A stretch of DNA of 64,000 nucleotides, taken from an uncultured Gammaproteobacteria bacterium. GTDB lineage: Bacteria > Patescibacteriota > Microgenomatia > Daviesbacterales > UBA10151. The stretch covers positions 22,070-86,069 of the forward strand of contig CAZWRN010000001.1 in assembly GCA_964636275.1 (NCBI GenBank). Direction: 5' to 3'. Numbering within the stretch: the stretch's first letter is position 1; each line of letters starts with the position of its first letter. Below the pieces are notes generated by a model that saw nothing but the letters and a program-made list of their open reading frames with translations, was not told where the DNA came from and did no database searches. Both the position numbers and the translations under genes were made by a program. Positions 8,289-16,089 of this stretch are shown one piece after another.

Positions 8289-9704
8289 TTGGGTCAGACG
8301 TATGATACTCTTATATATATGACCGGACCGGAGACTGCAGAACGCAATCACAATCGAGATATCCTCATGATGCAGATCCGCAATCCAGCTACACGGGAGA
8401 CCCTCAAAAGGGAGATACCAGCGGATTCAAGGGTGGATTATTCTGGAGGAGGATCTAGGAATGAAACTCTCAGTGCGCTGGCTACTTTAGCGCGAGTTGA
8501 AAAAGGTGATATATATAAATATATTTTGGGAATAGCCACAGTAGCTGAGTCCCCTGATCAGCTGGCTAATGCATTTGGAGCTATTAGAGCTTTGGCCGAT
8601 TGGAAAAATAGCGGGAAAGATCGAGCTGGTACGATAGCAGCAGCCCAAAAAGATTTTCTATCCCGTTCTTCACCACCTATGCATATCACTGATGAGGCAA
8701 AAGATCTAATAAGAATTTTTAAGTCTGCTTGGGACCAATCTCGAGGTGATGAACGCTTTGCAATACGAAGTATTCGAAGCACACTTATGAGTCGCCAAGG
8801 TGAAGCTCAAAGAAATTACGAAAATCATTTTGCCGAAGCTTATTTAGCTAGTATTATGGATGATTCATTACCCGAAGGGCTTCGGCAAGCCGTGTTGAAT
8901 AGTGGGTATATGTTTGACTTGGGATCCCCTCCTTATTTAAATGAAAATGAACGTCGATTTGATACTAGAGCCAGTTTTTGGACCCAAGCCAAGCCAGCCT
9001 GGGTTTTCCCAGAGATTTTTGGATCGGGGACACGTCCGGAAGATCGTTTAGATCCAAAAGATGCAGAAATTGTCAATTTAAAAAAAGAGATAGATAGGCT
9101 TCGTCGACGTCCACCAGCAGCCGATCCAGCACAAGAAGCGCGATTCCGAGCTACAGAAAGAGAAAATACGACTCTAAAAGGACAGCGGGATCGTTTGACT
9201 AAAGAAAATAATGATTTAATAAATATGAATAATCAGCTTAGAACTAAAATTGCTGAACTAGAACGTCTTCGCGGAGCTGCCCCCTCACCCGATGCTTCTC
9301 GAAGAATAAGTGAGCTAATGATGCAGGTGCAGCAACTAGAAGCAGATAAAAAATCACTCCAAGAATCTAATCGTCAAAAGGACACTGACTTAAGACGCGA
9401 AAGGGATGCAAGAGCCGCGGCAGAAAGAGAAGCCGCCAGAGCCAGAGCCGACCGTCGGTCAGGCAGACCCTCTCCATTTGAAGTTTTAGGGATAACTGAC
9501 CGTTTGGCCTGGGATCGAGCTGACATGGCTGGGAAGAGACGGATTTTAGACCTTGCTAGTCGGCCACTACGTATGAAGTATCATACCGATATGCATGTAG
9601 AAGCAGCGAAAAATCCTGTAATTAAGGAGTTATTGGATCGTGAGCTGGTAAAAATAAACTTAGCAGTGGAAGAGCTGGAGAAACAGGCGGGTCTAAGAAA
9701 ATAG
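8289..9704 (+). CDS. Coiled-coil protein with a C-terminal J-domain-like module (HTD variant of HPD)
   Basis: The C-terminus PFEVLGITDRLAWDRADMAGKRRILDLASRPLRMKYHTDMHVEAAKNPVIKELLDRELVKI fits the J-domain pattern (YxxLGv..a..eIkkaYr.l..kyHPD); the central region is heptad-like and charged. Confidence 0.5.
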   Translation: MGQTYDTLIYMTGPETAERNHNRDILMMQIRNPATRETLKREIPADSRVDYSGGGSRNETLSALATLARVEKGDIYKYILGIATVAESPDQLANAFGAIRALADWKNSGKDRAGTIAAAQKDFLSRSSPPMHITDEAKDLIRIFKSAWDQSRGDERFAIRSIRSTLMSRQGEAQRNYENHFAEAYLASIMDDSLPEGLRQAVLNSGYMFDLGSPPYLNENERRFDTRASFWTQAKPAWVFPEIFGSGTRPEDRLDPKDAEIVNLKKEIDRLRRRPPAADPAQEARFRATERENTTLKGQRDRLTKENNDLINMNNQLRTKIAELERLRGAAPSPDASRRISELMMQVQQLEADKKSLQESNRQKDTDLRRERDARAAAEREAARARADRRSGRPSPFEVLGITDRLAWDRADMAGKRRILDLASRPLRMKYHTDMHVEAAKNPVIKELLDRELVKINLAVEELEKQAGLRK

Positions 9705-9742
9705 CTTTGACATTTGTTTTTGAATGTGACAACAATTGATTT

Positions 9743-10081
9743 ATGCATCAGACAATTCATCAATACAGAGAGCAGATCCTGCAAAAAACATATGACGTCA
9801 TGACCCAGGCTGTTGAAAATGGGACACTCCAAGAAGAAGACATCTCACCAATGGCAGATTTTATTTTAGAGAGAGTTGATAAACTCACCACATATGATCA
9901 GGTAATCGGTTTTTTTCATTTACTAGCTTTGAAATGGCCTATCTTCTCCTCTTTATCTGTCGAAACAGAGGGTAAGCTGCAGGAAAAAGTTGAATCTCAT
10001 GTAAGAGATAGTATGTTATCATTGATAAAGGAAGGAAAGGTTGACGAAGCTGTCCAAATAGGACAGGCTTTGCATAAATAA
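9743..10081 (+). CDS. Hypothetical small protein
   Basis: 112-aa ORF tightly linked (1-nt gap) to the downstream gene. Confidence 0.4.
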   Translation: MHQTIHQYREQILQKTYDVMTQAVENGTLQEEDISPMADFILERVDKLTTYDQVIGFFHLLALKWPIFSSLSVETEGKLQEKVESHVRDSMLSLIKEGKVDEAVQIGQALHK

Positions 10082-11920
10082 ATGGCGATTGATTCAAGAG
10101 AAGCTGGTGCAGCATTTGCAGCCGGAGCTCAACCAGAATTAACAAAAACAAAGCGAGCGGGTACTTTTCGTTCCCGTGATTTTGAAGACCGTTCTCGTAG
10201 ACTTGCTCAAAAAGATGCAGTAGGGGCTCGTGAGGCTTGGAGGAGGGAAACAGATAATAAAATAAAAAAGGACGCTCGAATACAAGCTGTAGATTCAAAT
10301 ATTGGCTTTGATGCTAAACGTGATGCGGGAGGTAAAAGAGAATCTACTGGCGATGCTCGTCTCGATAACCAGATTCAAAGAACTGAACAATTGTTTGATA
10401 TTGCTCAAAATATTTCAGAAATGGGCGATTTTTCCAAAATTGAAGCAGAATTTGACCGCCTCGGACTGACTGATATAGTAATCAAACAATATGACAAAAT
10501 CCCCCAGCTCAAACCAATTGCCGATATTTTAAAAGATACTAATACGGCTACTCGGCTTCCCGATGCTCAAAGAAAAGAATTGATTCGTCATCTAGTTGCT
10601 GACCACGATTTTGCTAAACATATGATGGATCGGCTTAAACCACTGATGAAGGAAGGTGTTGTACCTGACTATAATTTACCTGAGATGAGAAAAAAACTGG
10701 CTGAGCTTCAAAAAGAGATGACCGATTTAAATCTAAAAGAAGAGCAGTATCTAGCTCAGAAAAGTGTGTATGTGACAGGAATTACGGATCTCTCTGGGGA
10801 TCCCAACCGAAATATTGAAATTAAAAGAGCTCAAGATTTTATAGATAAGGCCAAGAAAGGCAATGATACTGTCTTCAATAAAGTTGATAAGTATATTGAT
10901 CTCAGAAATAAACGGGCATATTTTGAACATATGAAGTTAAAAGCTACCACCCCTGCTGAAAAAAACGAATGGCAAAGCAAATATGATGCTCTAACTACTG
11001 ATTTTACTAACCTTGATGCTGACCCCCAAATTGTTGCCTCTCGGGGAGCTACTCCTACTGGAATAGCCGATACGATTAAAAACTATATTATTTCCAGAGA
11101 TACTATTGATCTAACCGAAGGTTCTGAATGGACAGATCCGACTGGAAGAAAAGCTACTGAAACAGCCCGACTCACTACGGAAATCGCGGCTCAAAATACA
11201 AAGATTACTGACGCTCAAACAAAGAGAACTCAGGATGAAAATGAATATGTTATAAAAGTTAGGGACGCAATTGGGGAGTCAGCCTACGACACTTTAATCG
11301 GTCGAATGGATGCTAACATGGCTTATATTCAAAAAGAAATTAAGGAATCTGCTGGAGGAGAAATGGGGAAACAATTAAATCGTATCCTTACCAGAGAGGG
11401 CCTGTTTGGAGAAACAGCAGATAGAGGAAAAATCCAAAGTTATTTTAATACTCTGATAGAGTCTGGTGAGGAGGCTGCTATCGATCGGATGAACCTTGAT
11501 CCTGAATTTCAGGAAGAAGTTCTAAATAATCCTGATCTAAAAGCCAAATTTAATGAAACTATTTTATATAATGCGATGAAGTATGGGGGTTTGCGTCGAG
11601 AAAATTTAGACCGAATTATGAATCTTCCCTGGGGGGAAAAGGCTATTAATGATGCACTTAGACGAAATAGTGAGCTGGTTAAATTTGAAGAACAAATGAA
11701 ACAAGCTGGTTTTATGAAAGGCGGAATGGTTGAGTGGTTGAGAAGCGGTAAAAATAAAAACTTAATTGCAGCAGTTATCACAGCTCTTTTAACGGGTGTC
11801 GGTGCTGCCACAGTGGTTGGTCTGGCTTCCATTCCTGCTGCAGGACTGGCTGGTGTGGCGGCTGTGGGTGGAGGAATGATAGGCGGAATGGGGGCAAATA
11901 GACTTGGTGAAGCTGCTTAA
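10082..11920 (+). CDS. Large coiled-coil protein with a C-terminal glycine-zipper transmembrane anchor
   Basis: 612 aa, mostly hydrophilic and charged; C-terminal LIAAVITALLTGVGAATVVGLASIPAAGLAGVAAVGGGMIGGMGANRLG. Confidence 0.55.
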   Translation: MAIDSREAGAAFAAGAQPELTKTKRAGTFRSRDFEDRSRRLAQKDAVGAREAWRRETDNKIKKDARIQAVDSNIGFDAKRDAGGKRESTGDARLDNQIQRTEQLFDIAQNISEMGDFSKIEAEFDRLGLTDIVIKQYDKIPQLKPIADILKDTNTATRLPDAQRKELIRHLVADHDFAKHMMDRLKPLMKEGVVPDYNLPEMRKKLAELQKEMTDLNLKEEQYLAQKSVYVTGITDLSGDPNRNIEIKRAQDFIDKAKKGNDTVFNKVDKYIDLRNKRAYFEHMKLKATTPAEKNEWQSKYDALTTDFTNLDADPQIVASRGATPTGIADTIKNYIISRDTIDLTEGSEWTDPTGRKATETARLTTEIAAQNTKITDAQTKRTQDENEYVIKVRDAIGESAYDTLIGRMDANMAYIQKEIKESAGGEMGKQLNRILTREGLFGETADRGKIQSYFNTLIESGEEAAIDRMNLDPEFQEEVLNNPDLKAKFNETILYNAMKYGGLRRENLDRIMNLPWGEKAINDALRRNSELVKFEEQMKQAGFMKGGMVEWLRSGKNKNLIAAVITALLTGVGAATVVGLASIPAAGLAGVAAVGGGMIGGMGANRLGEAA

Positions 11921-11922
11921 AT

Positions 11923-13371
11923 TTATTCCGGATAACATCTAATACAATATCCACACTCCCCAAAATCACTTCCTCCACAATCATCACATTTTGTTTTTTT
12001 AGTACGTGATCTGCTCATTCTATCAACTCCCCAGCCTCCACCACTAAACTGTGTGAAATTGCGGAGAGAATCGGTGATCCTTTGTGTGACTCCTTCTACC
12101 CTACCGGAGCCACTACCTTTACCCCATGTTCCACAGAAAGCGCCAGTGTTGGCTTTCATAGCAGCCAGGGCTTTCAGATCGACCTGATTTTCCTCGACTA
12201 TATCGGCTGAATCTATCCTATGTTGATCTGACTTTTTAAGCATTCTTTCTAGCTTGATATTTTCGATAGTATTTTGGGTTTCTTGGATATATTTATCTTT
12301 GATGTGATCCTGGATCCAATCAGTGGAAATACCTTTTTCAAGCAGATTTACTACCCAATGCGCCACAATGGTCGAAGCTTCATCTTCTAGCCTTTGGCGC
12401 AAAGTCGGATCTTGAACAGCTAGGAACGTTTTCTGATCGATGCCAAACATAGTGCTGCTACCGTCAACCTCAGCTTTAACTTTAAACATCCTCTGATAAA
12501 TCTCATTGTGCGTTAGTGTCCCTTCTTTCATGATACTGGTTCGCATCACTCGGTCGACATCGACGGTCTGAGCAGTTGAATGTTTGCCAAGTCCAGCAAA
12601 GAACTCTTGGCCCTGTAGTTCACGCATGAACTTTTGATACGCCTCAGTGCTCATATCATTTTTGTATGAGTGCATCACCATTTTGCGAATACCCGCCACC
12701 TCAGTAATCTCTCCAACATAGAGATAGCCATATTCACCGTTGTATTTATGTATCATCTCCCCTTCTGATTCTTTGGCTATTGGACTGCCCCAGACCAACG
12801 TATGGGTTTTGGAGGCATTAAAGAATTTGTCAAAATTGGTAAATAGATACTCATTTTGAGTCATGGAGGCCAGGTCATTTTCTCTTCGCCATCCAGTCAG
12901 CGCTTCGGTGACGCTCCGACCAATATAAGCATGCTCAGGGCTGACCATTTTACGGCTGGTGACTCTTTGGCCAGTCGCCTCATCGACGGATTCTTCTTGA
13001 TGTAGCAGATAGGTGTTTTGGGTTGGCGTAATCTGCATCCGAGCTCGAGATTCTAGATCAAAAAAGGTTTTCCCACCCTGAGATAAAGCGGAGATATTTT
13101 CCTGCATCAGGGCTACACCATCTTTTTTGATAGCTTCAAAGGTATAGCGTTTAGCTAATTCTTGGTTACCACCGGATTTTTGGAGATGTTCCTGGTAAAG
13201 CTGAAGATACAAAGAGACATCACATACGAGTAGTTCACCATCACGTTGCTTCAAGGCTTTGCTGACAGACTCCATGCCAAGAGGAGAATTTATGGTGATG
13301 GATCCCCGCCTGCGCGAGGATGCGGGATATAATGAACGACTTTCTGTTCTTTTATCTAATAATGCTGGCAT
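11923..13371 (-). CDS. Hypothetical protein with a C-terminal Cys-cluster (zinc-ribbon-like)
   Basis: 482 aa ending CDDCGGSDFGECGYCIRCYPE; convergent with the upstream gene with a 2-nt gap. Confidence 0.55.
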   Translation of the reverse strand: MPALLDKRTESRSLYPASSRRRGSITINSPLGMESVSKALKQRDGELLVCDVSLYLQLYQEHLQKSGGNQELAKRYTFEAIKKDGVALMQENISALSQGGKTFFDLESRARMQITPTQNTYLLHQEESVDEATGQRVTSRKMVSPEHAYIGRSVTEALTGWRRENDLASMTQNEYLFTNFDKFFNASKTHTLVWGSPIAKESEGEMIHKYNGEYGYLYVGEITEVAGIRKMVMHSYKNDMSTEAYQKFMRELQGQEFFAGLGKHSTAQTVDVDRVMRTSIMKEGTLTHNEIYQRMFKVKAEVDGSSTMFGIDQKTFLAVQDPTLRQRLEDEASTIVAHWVVNLLEKGISTDWIQDHIKDKYIQETQNTIENIKLERMLKKSDQHRIDSADIVEENQVDLKALAAMKANTGAFCGTWGKGSGSGRVEGVTQRITDSLRNFTQFSGGGWGVDRMSRSRTKKTKCDDCGGSDFGECGYCIRCYPE

Positions 13372-13814
13372 ACTAGTACCTAGCTTCGGAGCAAATAGAA
13401 GAAAGTTCTCTTTGACCCGAAGATATTGCCGCCCTTAAAAAAGGACTCGGGAACCAGGCAGTCCGGCTTGAAAAGAGCTTTTAGTTTTCAGCTTCGAGCT
13501 TCTAGTGGTTTTTACTAAAAGCTGAAAGCTGATCGCTGGAAGCTTTCTCTTACGGTTGCGGTACAGCTGCAGAGTCTCACTGCATTCCCCTGGATTAGGT
13601 TGGTCTGATCCAACCCGTTCCCTCAAGAATATGGATTACCAACTTAGTACTTTTAGTAGACTGAGTCAATACTTGTTTTGAAGTGGATACAGATTAATGG
13701 TTTTGGAAGCCGGTATGGTAGTTGGATGTATGTTTTAGGTTGACCTACTACTAAAACATTTAACCATACTGGCTTCTACACCTTACAACTTATGACAAAC
13801 GCTTGATTCACTTT

Positions 13815-13932
13815 GAGCGGGTGGACAGTGGATTTTTCACGGGGTATAAAGAATGAAGCCTAGTTACTATAAGGACCTGCTCGCTTATTGGTGAGGAATA
13901 TTATACCAACCGCTCGCAGAACCTTGTTTTTT
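13815..13932 (+). promoter_or_regulatory. Candidate structured 5' leader with an intrinsic-terminator-like 3' end, upstream of the PrgI-like gene
   Basis: Long-range complementarity GAGCGGGTGG (13815-13824) with CCAACCGCTC (13906-13915), followed by a T6 run at 13927-13932, then RBS GGGGAG and ATG 13970. Confidence 0.25.
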
Positions 13933-13969
13933 AAAATCCTTGATTTAAAACTAGGGGAGATTTTAAAAA

Positions 13970-15193
13970 ATGGAACCTGTCTTTCAAGCCCATCCTATAC
14001 CGCAAAATGTGACCAACTTTGAATTTCATTTGGTGGGAGATATGACCATCAAGCAGTTTGGGTATCTGGCTTTGGGACTAGTAATCGCTTTTGTGACGTT
14101 TATCGGACTTGCTTCTTCTTTTCCCTTTATAGCCTATCCTATTATAGTTATTTCAGCAGCAACTGGGGCGGCTTTTGCTTTTATTCCGATTCAAGAAAGG
14201 CCTTTAGATCATTGGGTAGGTGCATTTTTTAAGGCGATCTTTCATCCCACCAAACTGACCTATCAGTCAAAAATTTTAAAAAAAGAGGATCCTTTTTTTT
14301 CGAGAAGATTGTCGCTTTATATCCAAAACAAACACCGAAATCAGGCAGCTAAGTCACTTAGCACCCTGGCTTTAAAGCCAGTGAGCCAAAACCCTTCCGC
14401 CCCACCTTCGAATATGCCTTTATCAAGCACCAGAAAGCCTTCAATGGCTGATCGTCTTTTGTCCGGAGTTCAAACTACAGCTCAGGCACAGCCTGCTTCC
14501 CAGCCTGCAGCGCCTGTTTCACTGGGGACAGTTCCGGCAAGCCCGGTGGTAAAAGAACCACCCAAGCCAACAGATCTGAAGAAAACGGTTGACCTAGCAA
14601 AAGACGCCCAAGAAACTCAGAGTAAAATTTTAAAAATAGAAAAGCAGCTGGAACAGATCAAAGCAACCGTTGCTCAACCAGGAATTGATGCCAAAATATA
14701 TATCGATCAGTTTCAATCGCTGCTGGGAGATTTGCAAAAACTAAATGAACACGCTTCTGGTACCGCCCATGATTTGGCGATCCTGGCCAACTCCCCTGCT
14801 GCTGCAGCCCCCTCAGCTACACCGCCAGCCACAAATACTAGCGAGCCTAAGCCTCAAGTAAGTCCTCAACCAGCTCCCCCAAAAACAGTTCCTTCGGTCA
14901 CTTTGACAACGTTTCCCAATGTAGTAAATGGAGTCGTGACTGACAGCCAGGGCAACTATGTTGAAGGAGCTATTGTGGTTGCACATGACAAACAAGGATT
15001 ACCAGTCCGGGCTTTGCGAAGCAACAAACTGGGACAGTTTGTTGCAGCTACCCCCTTATCCAATGGTATCTATACTATTGTGGTTGAAAAAGACTCGATG
15101 GTCTTTGACAAAGTAGCAGTTGAACTAAAAAATGAAATCCTCCCTCCAATTTTGGTAGCCGCCCGTAAACAACTGCCCGGAGGTACAGCCTAA
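13970..15193 (+). CDS. PrgI/VirB3-like two-TM N-terminal domain fused to a Pro/Ala-rich linker and a C-terminal carboxypeptidase-regulatory-like beta-sandwich
   Basis: N-terminus NVTNFEFHLVGDMTIKQFGYLALGLV plus two TM helices then ERPLDHW, typical of PrgI-family proteins that precede VirB4; the C-terminus VTDSQGNYVEGAIVVAHD...GIYTIVVEKD resembles the CarboxypepD_reg fold. Confidence 0.5.
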   Translation: MEPVFQAHPIPQNVTNFEFHLVGDMTIKQFGYLALGLVIAFVTFIGLASSFPFIAYPIIVISAATGAAFAFIPIQERPLDHWVGAFFKAIFHPTKLTYQSKILKKEDPFFSRRLSLYIQNKHRNQAAKSLSTLALKPVSQNPSAPPSNMPLSSTRKPSMADRLLSGVQTTAQAQPASQPAAPVSLGTVPASPVVKEPPKPTDLKKTVDLAKDAQETQSKILKIEKQLEQIKATVAQPGIDAKIYIDQFQSLLGDLQKLNEHASGTAHDLAILANSPAAAAPSATPPATNTSEPKPQVSPQPAPPKTVPSVTLTTFPNVVNGVVTDSQGNYVEGAIVVAHDKQGLPVRALRSNKLGQFVAATPLSNGIYTIVVEKDSMVFDKVAVELKNEILPPILVAARKQLPGGTA

Positions 15194-15997
15194 ATGAGTG
15201 CAACGCAAGATTTTTTACCAGTAGAAGACATCCGCGATGATGTAGTGGTGATGAAAGATGGCTCAATGGCGATCGTACTACAAACATCAGCCGTCAATTT
15301 TGATCTACTTTCTGAAACAGAGCAGTTAGCAATTATTGGATCATTTGCAGCTCTTTTAAATTCCCTCTCTTTTTCAATCCAAATAGTAATCCGCTCAAAA
15401 AGACTCGACATATCCAACTACATTCATCTGCTGAAGGATGCCGAGGCTTTGCAAAAAAATCCGCTATTACAAGCGATGATGCAACATTACCGGCAATTTG
15501 TCACCAATATTATTCGAAATAACGAGGTGCTGGATAAACAGTTTTTTGTGGTCATATCAGTTTCTTATTTAGAACTTGGGGTGGTGAAAGATGTGAATAA
15601 AAACTTTGAGAAAGGATTAACCCTACTCTCTCCCAGACGGGATCATATCATGCGTCAGTTGGGGAGGATTGGTCTTAAAACAACCCAGCTGAATACTGAT
15701 AAACTGATAGCGCTTTTTTATGACTATTACAACGATACTTTTAAATCCAGTTTCAAATCAGCTGGGGCTTCATCAAAAACAACGGCTCCATCGCCAACAC
15801 CACCTGCAGTTGCCCCCCAGCCAGTCAAACCGTCCCAGACACCAACAATCACGCAAATGGCGCCAGCTCCCCAGCCCGCACCAGTACAACCAGTATCTCA
15901 GCCAATAACCAATCCGGCTCCACAGACACAGCCTAAACCAGCGGGAGTCCCTCTCAATCGCAATGTGCCATTTGCTGTGGAGGAGTTGGGAGCCTAA
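15194..15997 (+). CDS. VirB4/TrbE N-terminal domain as a separate ORF with a Pro-rich tail (split VirB4 or pseudogene fragment)
   Basis: LPVEDIRDDVVVMKDGSMAIVLQTSAVNFDLLSETEQLAIIGSFAALLNSL parallels the VirB4 N-terminus (LPY..HL.D.IVLLEDGSI..I.RV.GV.FEL.E..E...); the tail is APSPTPPAVAPQP...; the start is 1 nt after the upstream stop. Confidence 0.5.
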   Translation: MSATQDFLPVEDIRDDVVVMKDGSMAIVLQTSAVNFDLLSETEQLAIIGSFAALLNSLSFSIQIVIRSKRLDISNYIHLLKDAEALQKNPLLQAMMQHYRQFVTNIIRNNEVLDKQFFVVISVSYLELGVVKDVNKNFEKGLTLLSPRRDHIMRQLGRIGLKTTQLNTDKLIALFYDYYNDTFKSSFKSAGASSKTTAPSPTPPAVAPQPVKPSQTPTITQMAPAPQPAPVQPVSQPITNPAPQTQPKPAGVPLNRNVPFAVEELGA

Positions 15998-16086
15998 AGA
16001 ATAAACCAATAAACAAATAACCCAATGTCAAATTCCCAATTATTGAGAATTTGTTTATTTGAATATTGGATTATTTGTATATTTAT
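15998..16086. repeat. CCAAT-rich imperfect palindromic element (copy A), between the VirB4 N-terminal ORF and the VirB4 ATPase ORF
   Basis: aataaaCCAATaaacaaataaCCCAATgtcaaattCCCAATtattgagaatttgtttatttgaatATTGGattatttgtatattt; related copies at 24414-24470, 24581-24629 and 25086-25165. Confidence 0.7.
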
Positions 16087-16089
16087 AGT

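Noticed and set aside
13435-13626. 63-aa ORF on the minus strand in the long intergenic region
   Set aside because: It overlaps hairpin-rich non-coding sequence, has no RBS context and gives a low-complexity basic peptide. It is more likely a structured UTR or promoter region.
13372-13969. Possible RNase P RNA or tmRNA in the 600-bp gap (GUCCGGCUUG resembles the P4 region)
   Set aside because: The conserved P4 partners (AGGAAAGUCCGGGCUCC and ACAGAAACCCGGCUUA) and the tmRNA tRNA-like ends (GGGG...UCCACCA) are not present.
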